Part shown: in pieces, positions 18,194 to 28,545 of the stretch
Numbering within the stretch: position 1 is the stretch's first letter
Layout: each line of letters opens with the position of its first letter
DNA from: Nostoc sp.
GTDB lineage: Bacteria; Cyanobacteriota; Cyanobacteriia; Cyanobacteriales; Nostocaceae
Assembly: GCF_036917775.1 (NCBI RefSeq)
Contig: NZ_JBALEQ010000109.1
Location: 34,763-98,762 of the forward strand
Direction: 5' to 3'
Length of the DNA: 64,000 nucleotides
The notes under the pieces: model-generated
What the model was told of the DNA's origin: nothing
The model's database searches: none
Seen by the model: the letters and a program-made list of their open reading frames with translations, nothing else
Position numbers and translations under genes: made by a program

Positions 18194-18850
18194 CTAATCC
18201 TCACTACGTCGCACCCCAGCCAAAATAAAATTAACTGCTGCTTGACTATGCTGATCAATCATTTCTGGACTCAGTAGTTGCAAATCAGGTCTAGTATGCT
18301 TGATGTTTTCGTAAGCGTTGAAATATAAATTACAAACCCCAATAATATGCAGAGTTGTGAGAAATGGATCGATCTGACGGAAACAACCTTCAGCCATTCC
18401 CCGTTCTAAAATCTTGATCAGATAGCTAAAATTTTCTTGCCAATTTGCCTGTTTAAAATACTTTCCCTGATTTTGGTTGGCTTCTTGAAACCAAAGCATC
18501 CCTCTGTGTGGGTGAGCAGCTTCGTAAGCGATCGCTTCTTTGACAAGCACCTTCAACGCCTCCTCTGGTGGGAACTGATCCAAATTTAGCTGCTTAAACC
18601 CTTCGTGCATCTCCACCGCCGGACGTTGCAGAACAGCTTCATATAGTCCTTCCTTGCTCTGGAAGTAGTAGTAAATCATCGCTGTGGTGACACCTGAACC
18701 TCTAGCGATCGCTCCTGTCCGCGCCCCACTAAGTCCATTTCTAGCAAACTCTGCTTCCGCTGCATCGAGAATCTGCTTTTTCGTCGCTTCTGCATCGCGC
18801 ACCTGACGCGGCTTTTTAGCTGAGAATTTTGACTGCGTTGAACGACCCAC
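18194..18850 (-). CDS. TetR/AcrR family transcriptional regulator
   Basis: N-terminal HTH ILDAAEAEFARNGLSGARTGAIARGSGVTTAMIYYYFQSKEGLY. Confidence 0.93.
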   Translation of the reverse strand: MGRSTQSKFSAKKPRQVRDAEATKKQILDAAEAEFARNGLSGARTGAIARGSGVTTAMIYYYFQSKEGLYEAVLQRPAVEMHEGFKQLNLDQFPPEEALKVLVKEAIAYEAAHPHRGMLWFQEANQNQGKYFKQANWQENFSYLIKILERGMAEGCFRQIDPFLTTLHIIGVCNLYFNAYENIKHTRPDLQLLSPEMIDQHSQAAVNFILAGVRRSED

Positions 18851-18877
18851 GTTGCTCCATCATCATAACGAAAACAT

Positions 18878-18955
18878 ATTAACTAAAAAATTCGTTAGTA
18901 GTTGACACAGAAGATGAAATTTATTAAGTTAGTACTAACTAAAAAATTAGTTAGT
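18878..18955. promoter_or_regulatory. Two palindromic operators flanking a sigma70-type promoter
   Basis: actaactaa-aaaa-ttagttagt (18934-18955, perfect) and attaactaa-aaaa-ttcgttagt (18878-18899); TTGACA at 18902, 17 nt, TAAGTT at 18925. Confidence 0.7.
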
Positions 18956-19160
18956 TAATTGCATGATTTAGCAATGCAGTAGCCATTAGCCGAGCAAATG
19001 CGCGGTTGTATTAGTTCGTCCATTGCAGACAAGACTTTATATCACAATTTATATTCAAAAAAGTGATGTAGGACAGGCAACACCAAGTTTTAATATTGCG
19101 TGACGTTTTACTAACTCATCTAGCGATTTTTCAAGAAATTATCAATATTTTGGAGGAAAA

Positions 19161-20114
19161 ATGGAAGCAATTTTACCAGGTGCGCCTTGGCTAATCGCGC
19201 ACAAATCTACATTAGGAGTCAATAAACCCAATAAAATAACTTTAAATGGACAGGATTATGTCATTTGGCAAAACCAAAAAGGCGAAGTTTTTGCCCTTGA
19301 TAATATCTGTCCACACATACAGGCTCCATTATCAGACGGCTGGGTTTGCCAAGAAAGAGATACTATTACTTGCCCTTTTCATGCACTAGAATTTGATGGA
19401 CAAGGTAGACTACAGCAAGGAGATAAAAAAGACACTCAGCCAATTATCAAAACATTAAAGCTAATTATTAGCAATGATTGTATCTGGACTTATGCTGGAT
19501 TTGAGCCAAGATTACCAATTCCAGATTTGCATCAAAAAATTGTCGATGAATACGAGTTTCTGGGAGTAACTGGGGATAAAAGTATTCAGGGTGAGTTTTT
19601 GACTAACCTGATGGTTAACTATGACTATAATCACCAAAATGGTACTCATAAAGAACTATTTAAAATTACAACTTGTAATGTCAGTGCTTTTGAAGAAAAA
19701 GGATATTATGCCACAGTTAAACAAGAACTGATTAGAGCCAACAACACGCTAGGAGAAATTATCAAAAATCCTGTTTTGGGAATCTTTCCTAAAAGACTTT
19801 CTAACACACTAGAATACGCATTTCCTTCAACTACAGCTTTTTTTGCTAAAACGCCGATTGGTGATATTGCTCAAATTCATATTCTCTACCCTGAAACAGA
19901 TAAAATCACCAAAACTTTCATTTTGATGTATGCCAAAGTCGTCAATCCTTTGATGAAATTTCTGTTTAAAAACTCAGTTTTACAAGTAGCAGCTACAGTC
20001 ATTCAACAGGATACAGGTGCAGTTGAAACTTTGTATCCTCGGCAAAAACCGAAAATTAGATTGCCAAATGAAGAGATTATGTTCTACGCAGAAAAACTTT
20101 ACCGTGATTGGTAA
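19161..20114 (+). CDS. Rieske [2Fe-2S] non-haem iron oxygenase
   Basis: CPH...CPFH Rieske ligands; N-x2-D-x2-H-x4-H mononuclear iron motif (NYDYNHQNGTH). Confidence 0.9.
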   Translation: MEAILPGAPWLIAHKSTLGVNKPNKITLNGQDYVIWQNQKGEVFALDNICPHIQAPLSDGWVCQERDTITCPFHALEFDGQGRLQQGDKKDTQPIIKTLKLIISNDCIWTYAGFEPRLPIPDLHQKIVDEYEFLGVTGDKSIQGEFLTNLMVNYDYNHQNGTHKELFKITTCNVSAFEEKGYYATVKQELIRANNTLGEIIKNPVLGIFPKRLSNTLEYAFPSTTAFFAKTPIGDIAQIHILYPETDKITKTFILMYAKVVNPLMKFLFKNSVLQVAATVIQQDTGAVETLYPRQKPKIRLPNEEIMFYAEKLYRDW

Positions 20115-20190
20115 TTTAGATTTGCAAAGCCTAACTAAGTTTTAGAATTAAGTAGATACTGTAGCTAATTCCTGCTAGAGGTACTTAAAT

Positions 20191-21555
20191 ATGCAGCAGC
20201 TAAAATCCGCCGAAGAAATTCCTGGTAGCTATGGCTTACCCATTTTGGGGGAGACTTTGGAAATATTTAGGGATTCAGAGTTGTATTTATGGCGACGATT
20301 CCAGCAGTATGGGTCAGTTTTTAAGACGAGCGTTATGGGGCGTAAACGTGCTTATTTAATTGGCCCTAGTGCTAATCGGTTGGTACTGGTGGAACAGGCG
20401 GAAAATATGTCGTCGCGGATAGGGTGGTATTTCCTAGAATCGACATTTGGCAATAATATTTTATTACAAGATGGGGAAGAACATCGCCTAACTCGTCGCT
20501 TGATGTATCCAGCATTTCACGGAAAAGCGATCGCTACATACTTCGATACCATTCAAAATATTGTGCAAGACTTCCTCGAAAATTGGGGAGAACGGGGAAC
20601 GATTTCCTTAAATTCTAGTTTCCGTCAGCTTACCCTGATGGTTGCGACTCGCCTATTTTTGGGAAGTCAGAACAAAAGTGAAGTTGAGCAAACCAGTCAG
20701 TGGTTTACACAACTGTTAGATAGCAGTATGGCGATATTTAAATGGAATGTCCCCTTTACTTTATATGGTCGCGGTCAAAATGCTAGGGGTAAATTAGTGG
20801 CTTTCTTGCGTGAAGCGATCGCCCAGCGTATCGAGCAGGGTAACTTAGAAGAATCAAAAGATGTTTTGGGATTGCTGCTAGCGGCTGTTGATGAAGACGG
20901 CAATAAGTTGAGCGAAACACAGGTAATCAACGAAGCATTACTATTGCTATTTGCTGGACATTAGACAACAGCCTCATTACTGACTTGGGTAATATTTGAA
21001 TTAGGTAATCACCCAGAATGGCGAGAGCGGCTGCGCCAAGAACAATTAGCAGTTGTGGGAAATAATCCCCTTAGCCTGTCTCATCTCAAACAACTTCCAG
21101 ATTTAACTAACGTACTAAAAGAAGCAGAAAGACTCTATCCGCCAGTGTATGCCTATAATCGTGGTGTCCTCAAGGATATTGAGTATGGAGGCTATCGCAT
21201 CCCAGCAGGTTGGTTTGTGACTATTTCGCCGATGCTGACTCACCGTTTACCAGAACTGTACACCGAACCCGATCGCTTCGACCCCGATCGCTTTGCACCA
21301 CCTCGTGAAGAAGATAAGAAACATCCCTTAGCATTAGTGGGTTTTGGTCATGGTTCGCACAGTTGTTTAGGTATGGAATTTGCCCAAATGGAAATGAAAA
21401 TTGTGCTTTCCACACTACTTCGCCATTACGACTGGACAGTAAAACCGGATTATTCTGCGATCGCTCCAGTTCGTCAGCCTTCTAAAATTAAAGATACTCT
21501 CCAAGCATATATTGAGCCTTTGGTGATCAAGCAGCCCTTGAATAGTCAAACATAA
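20191..21555 (+). pseudogene. Cytochrome P450 interrupted by one in-frame TAG at 20962-20964
   Basis: I-helix FAGH*TTA where ETT is expected; same frame continues to EAERLYPP, PDRF and FGHGSHSCLG. Confidence 0.9.
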
Positions 21556-21634
21556 ATCTTTGATGAAACAAATCGATTTTGTGCGTTTAGAGACGCATAG
21601 TTTTGCGTCTCTAAACAGGTTGATACTGAAAGTG

Positions 21635-23221
21635 TTAGACAGTAAATGTGATACCAGGAGTGATAGCACTTAAGCTGACATCCTCAGCGACAGCAATCAC
21701 ATCACCGAAAATTGGCGAACCGAAGAAGATGACCGTATCTAAGATAGATGAGTCATTTGAAAAAATACCACTACCAATACTATTATTAGTATTGAAGTTT
21801 TGCTGTACAAATGTGTAATCGCTAGCAGAACCGCTAAGAGTGATCTTGTCCCCATCTGTTAGAGAGAAATCTGTGATTACAGCATGACCAGCTTGCCGAT
21901 AGGAGTCACGTAAGCTGAACGTATCAACAGATTGAACCCCTTGAAATAAAACTCCTCCTGTTAAAACATCTATCTCTCCGCTATTAAAATTACCACCACC
22001 ACTGAGGGTATCATTACCCTTACCTCCCGACAGAATATCATTGCCAGAGTCACCATTTAGGCGATCGTTACCTGCATTTCCCTCAACGCGATCGTTGCCT
22101 AATCCGCCAAATAATACATCGTTACCGCTACCGGCTAGCAGAATATCGCTGCCATCGCGACCATTAAGAATTACGCTGACATTTTGGCTGGCACGACTGG
22201 CATCTATGCGATTGCTGCTATCTCCTCCTTGGATTTCGACGTTTTCAATACCTTGGAGGGTATCAGTTCCTGTGGCTGAATCATCGAGATTGGCTCCAGG
22301 GCCAAACTTACCACCTTTGAGTTGGCTTTTATTTGGGTCATTTGCAAATGAGAAAAGCTCAAAGTTATTGTCGCCCTGTATGAATAGGAAGTCTTCACCT
22401 GCTCCCCCGATGTATTGGTCATCACCTGCTCCATCAAAGGCACTATCGGAAAAACTATCTCTCCCGCTTCCACCTTGGATAAAGTCATTTCCTTGTCCAC
22501 CATTAAAATTATTGTTGTCATTTCCCCCTATAAGGGTGTCATTGCCATTATTGCCACGCAGGAAGTTAAATCCCGCTCCTCCTACTATGCTGTCATTCCC
22601 ATCACCACCGTTGATTTGATCAAGACCACGGCTACCTATGATAGTGTCATTACCTGCATCACCAAAGAGAAAAGTTCGCCCTGTCAACAGAGCCTGAGAC
22701 GCATTAATTGTGTCATTACCCGAAGTACCAGTAAGCCTGACATTCTCAACCTCAGAAAATTGGTGAGCTAAATTACCGACAAACAGCTGATTATTGGTCA
22801 AGAAATAATTTGAGGCTCCCTCAACACGCAGTTCGTCATCACCTGCACCGCCAATCAGGGTATCACCAACATCACCGATAGCCGGAAATTTCCCGTTTTG
22901 AGCGATGAGAATATCGTTACCTGCACCGCCATTAACGCGATTGTTTCCCGTTCCACCGATAAGAGTGTCATTGTCATCGCCGCCGTTGAGAGTATCGTTA
23001 CCCGCGCCACCATCAAGGGTGTCTTTGTTAAATCCACCATCAAGAGAGTCGTTACCAAGCGATCCTGATAGAGAATCATTGCCAAAGTTGCCTATTAGAG
23101 TATCATTGCCTGCGCCACCAAAAACCGTATCGTTACCCGTTAGAGCATCGATTCTATCGTTTGCTCCATCAGCTATAATTCTGTCGTCAGCAGGGGTTAT
23201 AGTTCCACTAATAATCGCCAT
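21635..23221 (-). CDS. RTX/haemolysin-type calcium-binding repeat protein
   Basis: Many GGxGxDxL nonapeptides; no N-terminal signal peptide, consistent with type I secretion. Confidence 0.9.
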   Translation of the reverse strand: MAIISGTITPADDRIIADGANDRIDALTGNDTVFGGAGNDTLIGNFGNDSLSGSLGNDSLDGGFNKDTLDGGAGNDTLNGGDDNDTLIGGTGNNRVNGGAGNDILIAQNGKFPAIGDVGDTLIGGAGDDELRVEGASNYFLTNNQLFVGNLAHQFSEVENVRLTGTSGNDTINASQALLTGRTFLFGDAGNDTIIGSRGLDQINGGDGNDSIVGGAGFNFLRGNNGNDTLIGGNDNNNFNGGQGNDFIQGGSGRDSFSDSAFDGAGDDQYIGGAGEDFLFIQGDNNFELFSFANDPNKSQLKGGKFGPGANLDDSATGTDTLQGIENVEIQGGDSSNRIDASRASQNVSVILNGRDGSDILLAGSGNDVLFGGLGNDRVEGNAGNDRLNGDSGNDILSGGKGNDTLSGGGNFNSGEIDVLTGGVLFQGVQSVDTFSLRDSYRQAGHAVITDFSLTDGDKITLSGSASDYTFVQQNFNTNNSIGSGIFSNDSSILDTVIFFGSPIFGDVIAVAEDVSLSAITPGITFTV

Positions 23222-23279
23222 AATCTTTGTATTTCCTTTGATTTACTTGTAAGTTTGTGTATTGTTTTCTTGATTTAGA

Positions 23280-23319
23280 CTTTGGACAAATTTTCTAAAA
23301 AAGCTAGATTTGTCCAAAG
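23280..23319. promoter_or_regulatory. 12-bp perfect inverted repeat in the RTX / HTH-AAA divergent region
   Basis: ctttggacaaat - 16 nt - atttgtccaaag. Confidence 0.45.
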
Positions 23320-23586
23320 CCAAACAACTGCTATTGCTGTTATTACCAGGTTGCCTTTTGAACTCAAAAAGGTAAATGTGGATAATTTAAGGAGTTTGAT
23401 TTCCAAAAAATCAACGATAAAAGGGGTCAGGTAAGGTTAAGTAAGAAAGTTTAAGGACAGTAATATTTGCTGAACCAGACCAGAACTGGATTTCAGCCAT
23501 TAGAATATTATTTGTGAAAAAATCTGGAAAGTTAAAAGTTCAGACTGGATATCAATATATAAATAGTTGTGATTCATCCATGAACA

Positions 23587-25047
23587 ATGGACTTTGAAAC
23601 AGCATTAAAAATATTAGATGCAGCAGTTGTTACTCAGACAAAAAGACACCTGAAGGATATTGAAGTAACCATACTGCGTAGCTCTTGGCAAGGTAAGAAG
23701 TATGACGAAATTGCCCAAACTCATGGCTACACTACCGAATACCTACAGCATGATGTTGGCCCTAAGTTATGGCAGATGCTATCAGCAGCATTTGGTGAAA
23801 AGGTCGGTAAAAAGAATTTTCAAGCAGCACTAGAACGATGGCGCATTTCCTGGACTGCTGCTTCATCAAAAGGGTTAGAGCCAATTTTACAATCTCAAAA
23901 GCTGATGTCATCTTCACAGCTAACAATGGAGAAAATGACATTGAACAACTCAGTTTCTGAGGAAAATAGCGAGGCATTACTAAGCGTATACACAAACGAG
24001 CAACCCCTACAGAATGCAGAAACAGAATTACCTGTAGGTCAAGTCCCTCTCGCTTCTAGTTTTTATGTTGAACGCCCTCCAATTGAAGATCGCTGTTATC
24101 AAGAGATTTTGCAGCCAGGTTCCCTAATTCGGATCAAAGCACCTAGACAAATGGGCAAAACCTCGCTCATGGCTAGGATTCTCAATGAAGCCAGACAACA
24201 TGGTTGTCAAACAGTTTCTATAAGCTTCCATCTAGCAGATAAAGCAGTTTTCGCCAGCTTGGATACATTTTTGCGCTGGTTCTGTGAAAGTGTTGGTAGG
24301 AAACTGAAGCAGCTTCATCAGTTAGATGATTATTGGAGTATTTATGGCAGTAAGGATAAAACTACTGCGTACTTTGAAGAGTGTTTGTTAGAAGAAATCG
24401 ATAGCCCATTAGTAATTAGCTTAGATGGTGTCGATCGCATTTTTCCCTATCGTGACACAGCCGAAGACTTTTTTAACCTGTTACGAGCTTGGTATGAGTA
24501 TGCTAAGTATGGCGATCGCAGTAGCGAACTCTGGAAAAAACTCCGGCTAGTTTTGGTACATTCTAAAGAAGTTTATATTCCGCTAAATATCAATCAATCT
24601 CCCTTTAATGTGGGGTTGAGCATTGAATTACAAGAGTTTACTCCAGAACAAGTCCAAATTTTAGTTGCACGTCATCAAGGGCTAAATTGGACTGATACAC
24701 AGGTCAAAAAACTGATGGATATGGTAGGAGGACATCCCTATTTAATCCGGCTAGCTCTTTATCATGTTCAACATCAGTACATCTCTCTTGAGCAGTTGTT
24801 ACAAACAGCCCCAACTGAAGCGGCAATTTACCAGGATCATCTGCGAGGACATTTGTGTAATCTTGAACACGATCCAAAGTTAGTGACAGCTTTTAGCCAA
24901 GTTGTGAAGAGTTTAGTACCGATAGAGTTAGACTCAGAATCAGCGTTTAAATTACACAGCATGGGTCTAGTTGTATATTGTAATGACAATAAGGTGATAC
25001 CACGCTGCGATTTGTACCGCCAATATTTTCAAAATCGCCTGGCTTAG
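23587..25047 (+). CDS. N-terminal HTH plus AAA_35-type P-loop ATPase
   Basis: HTH-like SWQGKKYDEIAQTHGYTTEYL...GPKLWQMLS; Walker A APRQMGKTS; Walker B VISLDGVD. Confidence 0.82.
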   Translation: MDFETALKILDAAVVTQTKRHLKDIEVTILRSSWQGKKYDEIAQTHGYTTEYLQHDVGPKLWQMLSAAFGEKVGKKNFQAALERWRISWTAASSKGLEPILQSQKLMSSSQLTMEKMTLNNSVSEENSEALLSVYTNEQPLQNAETELPVGQVPLASSFYVERPPIEDRCYQEILQPGSLIRIKAPRQMGKTSLMARILNEARQHGCQTVSISFHLADKAVFASLDTFLRWFCESVGRKLKQLHQLDDYWSIYGSKDKTTAYFEECLLEEIDSPLVISLDGVDRIFPYRDTAEDFFNLLRAWYEYAKYGDRSSELWKKLRLVLVHSKEVYIPLNINQSPFNVGLSIELQEFTPEQVQILVARHQGLNWTDTQVKKLMDMVGGHPYLIRLALYHVQHQYISLEQLLQTAPTEAAIYQDHLRGHLCNLEHDPKLVTAFSQVVKSLVPIELDSESAFKLHSMGLVVYCNDNKVIPRCDLYRQYFQNRLA

Positions 25048-25065
25048 TATAGTTTTGCGAATTAT

Positions 25066-25137
25066 TGTAGAGACGGCGATTTATCGCGTCTTTGTGATCT
25101 AGAATTTTCATCAAAAAACCTTAACCGAACCGTATTG
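25066..25137. repeat. GTAG-type REP-like hairpin plus ccttaaccgaaccgtattg motif
   Basis: tgtagagacggcgatttatcgcgtct at 25066-25091; related copies at 35045, 49304 and 52953; second motif also at 34961 and 52983. Confidence 0.8.
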
Positions 25138-25139
25138 GG

Positions 25140-27506
25140 ATGTATCCGACGAGCAAAGCAGAAAACTCGCCTTACAAATATCAAATCGGAGGGAGTCTGC
25201 AAATTGATGCTCCGTGCTACGTGCAGCGACAAGCCGACAAAGATTTTTATGATGCACTCAAGGCTGGAGAATTTTGTTATGTCTTCAACTCGCGGCAGAT
25301 GGGTAAGTCTAGTCTGCGAGTGCAAACCATGCGTAAACTGCAAGCAGATGATATTGCTTGTGGTGTGATCGATATTACAGCGATTGGAAGTCAAGATATT
25401 ACCCCATCTGAGTGGTATTTGGGTGTGTTACGAAGGTTAGCACGTAGCTTTATTCCCAAATTCAAAGTATTGAGTTGGTGGAGCGATCGCTCTGGATTAT
25501 CACCAGTGCAACGCTTGAGTGAGTTTATTGAGTCGGTGCTACTGGCAGAAGTCTCTGAAAATATCGTAATTTTTGTAGACGAAATTGATAGCATTCTCAA
25601 ATTAAACTTCAAGGATGATTTTTTAGCTTTGATTCGAGCTTGCTATAACAAACGAGCCGACAATCAAGCTTATCAGCGTCTTACTTTTGCACTGCTAGGG
25701 GTAACTACTCCCTACGATTTGATTCAAGACAAACACCGAACACCTTTTAATATTGGTCGAGCAATTGAACTAAGCGGCTTCCAATGGCATGAAGCTCAAC
25801 CATTAGCTGAGGGATTAGTAGGTATTATCAATCCTCAGATTGTGTTGCAAGAGATTTTAGCTTGGAGTGGCGGTCAACCTTTTTTAACTCAGAAGCTTTG
25901 TCAGTTAGTTATTACATCTTTCTCTGTCATTCCAGCAAATGGGGAAGCAGAGTATATTGAGAAACTTATACGTTCTCAAGTGATTGAAAACTGGGAATCC
26001 CAAGATGAACCGGAGCATCTGAGGACGATTCGCGATCGCATTTTGAAAAGCGAACGGCATACTAAAAAATTACTGCGACTCTATCAGCAAATTTTGCAAA
26101 CGGGCCAAATCACAGCAAATAACAGTCTTGAGCAAATGGAATTGCGTCTATCAGGATTGGTAGTTAAGCAACAGGGTTACTTAAAAGTTTATAACCCCAT
26201 TTATGCTGCTGTTTTTAATCAAAATTGGGTTGATAAAGCTTTATTTGACTCACAATCACTAGCAACACGGCAAAAATTGCCTAGCCAGCGATCTTTTCAA
26301 GCTGTGCTGATGTTAGCTGTGGTTGTTACAGCCTCGATCATGGGAGCGCGGCATCTTGGACTATTACAACCTTTGGAGCTAAAGGCTTTTGACCAACTGC
26401 TGCGGCTGCGTCCTAGCGAACAACCAGATCGCCGCCTTTTAGTAGTTGCGATCGCGGAAGATGATTTTAAGCTTCCTGAACAGCAAGACAGAAAAGGGTC
26501 GCTTTCAGATCGCGCACTGGCTCTAATTGTGCAGAAACTCGAAAAGTTCAAACCACGAGCTATTGGCTTAGATATTTATCGTGATTTCCCTGTAGAAGCT
26601 AAGGAAGCATCTTTAGCTAATTGGATGCGACGTAGCGATCGCTTTATTGCTATTTGCAAAGTCAGCGAACCGACAATTAATGAACCAGGAGTTTCACCCC
26701 CTCCCGAAATTCCTAGAGAACGTCAAGGCTTTAGCGATTTTGTTCAAGACACAGATGGTATTCTCCGCCGCCATTTGATCGCTATGCAACCAAGCGATTC
26801 ATCCCCTTGTACTACGCCATACTCCTTCAGCGCTCAATTGGCATTTCGTTATCTACAAACAGAAGGCATTGATATCAAGTACACCAAAAAAAAAGATTTA
26901 CAAATTGGTAAAATTGTGTTTAGGCGGTTGCGAGTGCATATTGGTGGCTATCAAAAAATGGATGACTGGGGCTATCAAATATTGCTAAATTACCGTTCCT
27001 CTGGCTCTCCCTTAAAGGCTGTGGAGCAAATTACCTTAAAAGAGTTGCTCAGAGGTGCGATCGATCCCAATATTGTGAAGAATCGAATTGTACTTATTGG
27101 TATTACGAACCAAAGCGCCGGTGATTATTTTTCTACCCCTTACACTACCGAGCATAAGCAGGAAATACCAGGAGTTATGGTTCATGCTCAAATGGTGAGT
27201 CAAATTCTCAGTGCAGTTTTAGATGGGCGAACCCTGTTGTGGGTTTGGCCCGTTTGGGGTGAGAGTTTGTGGGTCTTTTTCTGGTCTGTTTTGGGAGGAA
27301 TATTGGCATGGCGGATTCGTCATTCCTGGATTTTAGGAATAGCCGGAGTTGCTGTAATTGGTGCTATATCCGCAATTAGCTTTTTTATACTGCTGAAAGG
27401 TATTTGGATACCGCTAATTCCGGCTGCGATCGCTCTGGTCGTTACAGGCAGTATTGTAGTAATTTACAGCCTTTCTCAAGGCAGTAACAGCAATAAATCT
27501 ATTTAG
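25140..27506 (+). CDS. AAA_35-type ATPase fused to a CHASE2 sensor domain and C-terminal TM helices
   Basis: Walker [10 protein letters not shown], Walker B IFVDEID, TM helix, CHASE2 motifs ([36 protein letters not shown]), three TM helices. Confidence 0.88.
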   Translation: MYPTSKAENSPYKYQIGGSLQIDAPCYVQRQADKDFYDALKAGEFCYVFNSRQMGKSSLRVQTMRKLQADDIACGVIDITAIGSQDITPSEWYLGVLRRLARSFIPKFKVLSWWSDRSGLSPVQRLSEFIESVLLAEVSENIVIFVDEIDSILKLNFKDDFLALIRACYNKRADNQAYQRLTFALLGVTTPYDLIQDKHRTPFNIGRAIELSGFQWHEAQPLAEGLVGIINPQIVLQEILAWSGGQPFLTQKLCQLVITSFSVIPANGEAEYIEKLIRSQVIENWESQDEPEHLRTIRDRILKSERHTKKLLRLYQQILQTGQITANNSLEQMELRLSGLVVKQQGYLKVYNPIYAAVFNQNWVDKALFDSQSLATRQKLPSQRSFQAVLMLAVVVTASIMGARHLGLLQPLELKAFDQLLRLRPSEQPDRRLLVVAIAEDDFKLPEQQDRKGSLSDRALALIVQKLEKFKPRAIGLDIYRDFPVEAKEASLANWMRRSDRFIAICKVSEPTINEPGVSPPPEIPRERQGFSDFVQDTDGILRRHLIAMQPSDSSPCTTPYSFSAQLAFRYLQTEGIDIKYTKKKDLQIGKIVFRRLRVHIGGYQKMDDWGYQILLNYRSSGSPLKAVEQITLKELLRGAIDPNIVKNRIVLIGITNQSAGDYFSTPYTTEHKQEIPGVMVHAQMVSQILSAVLDGRTLLWVWPVWGESLWVFFWSVLGGILAWRIRHSWILGIAGVAVIGAISAISFFILLKGIWIPLIPAAIALVVTGSIVVIYSLSQGSNSNKSI

Positions 27507-27615
27507 CCAGTAAAGGTTTGCGAAAATACCTTTTATGCTTTTGAAGATATAAATAGCCTTTATTATATTTATCCTAGCCATTTCAAGGATGTAAAAACAT
27601 TGAGTTAGTGGTGAT

Positions 27616-28374
27616 ATGAGCTTAGGTCTTCGACAACTTAAACTTGCCTTTGCGATCGCTTTGGTATCGTTCTGGTTCACGCCAGTGCAAGCACAGCCAA
27701 TCAAATCTGAAGTTCTCCCATCGTTGATTTTTAACGCACCTCCTCCCCCAGATGACATTAACGCACCAGGTAATCGCGTTGGAGGAGGTAAGCGCGGCTG
27801 CGAAAACATGGACAAGCAGTTTAGTACATCCAAAGGAAAGCTACTAACAGCGTTAGTTCCGGTTTATCCGTTTCCAAATGCAGAATTAGTCTTTGGATTA
27901 ACAACTAATTCTCATCCAACTTTCTGGTTTTACGTTCCTGATCTAACCGCAGTTTCCACAGAGTTCGTCCTACAGAATGAAGCGGGGCAGACTGTATATC
28001 AAAGCCCTGTTTCGCTGTCTGGGCTACCAGGAATTATTAGCCTCTCTCTGCCATCAACGGCTTCCTCGTTAGAAATTGGCAAGCGTTATCATTGGTACTT
28101 CAATATTTACTGTCATCAACAACAACCACCTGTTTTTGTTGATGGTTGGATTCAAAGGGTCGAACCTAACGCTCTTCTAAAAAGTCAGTTAGATAAAGCA
28201 ACACCAAACCAGCGCATCGCTCTTTATGCCACAAATGGTATTTGGTACGAGTCCCTGACTGCTTCAGCCGAACTTCACCGTCTAGACCCAAAAAGTGCTG
28301 ATTGGGCTAAGATATTGCAAACTGTTGGTCTAACTGACATTGTTGCAGAACCAATAGTAGACTGCTGCCAATAG
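27616..28374 (+). CDS. DUF928 family exported protein
   Basis: Signal peptide, APGNRVGGGKRG, LTALVP, PTFWFYVP, YHWYF, GIWYESL. Confidence 0.85.
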   Translation: MSLGLRQLKLAFAIALVSFWFTPVQAQPIKSEVLPSLIFNAPPPPDDINAPGNRVGGGKRGCENMDKQFSTSKGKLLTALVPVYPFPNAELVFGLTTNSHPTFWFYVPDLTAVSTEFVLQNEAGQTVYQSPVSLSGLPGIISLSLPSTASSLEIGKRYHWYFNIYCHQQQPPVFVDGWIQRVEPNALLKSQLDKATPNQRIALYATNGIWYESLTASAELHRLDPKSADWAKILQTVGLTDIVAEPIVDCCQ

Positions 28375-28431
28375 CTATAACCGAATGGCACGCTTGTTAA
28401 TCGCAAAGCCCTGATATAAATTGCTTTTTGA

Positions 28432-28504
28432 GTGTGGGGAGTGTGGGGAGTGTGGGGGGTAAGACTTCTTCCCCGTCCTCCCACACCTCCCACACCTCCC
28501 ACAC
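28432..28504. repeat. Inverted short tandem repeats between convergent genes
   Basis: (agtgtgggg)x3 ... (cctcccaca)x3 can form a hairpin. Confidence 0.7.
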
Positions 28505-28545
28505 CCTGCCCTGACGAGGTTTCAGCTTTTCTTAGTGCCATTCAG

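Noticed and set aside
20962-20964. Programmed amber read-through (pyrrolysine) in the P450
   Set aside because: No pyl genes are seen, the system is not known in cyanobacteria, and the position needs an acidic residue; a point mutation or sequencing error is simpler
22041-23252. Plus-strand ORFs of 115-192 aa opposite the RTX gene
   Set aside because: Antisense shadows of Gly/Asp repeat codons
28275-28541. 88-aa minus-strand ORF with GVGGVGG and PHTPHT repeats
   Set aside because: Translation of intergenic tandem repeats that overlaps DUF928 antisense
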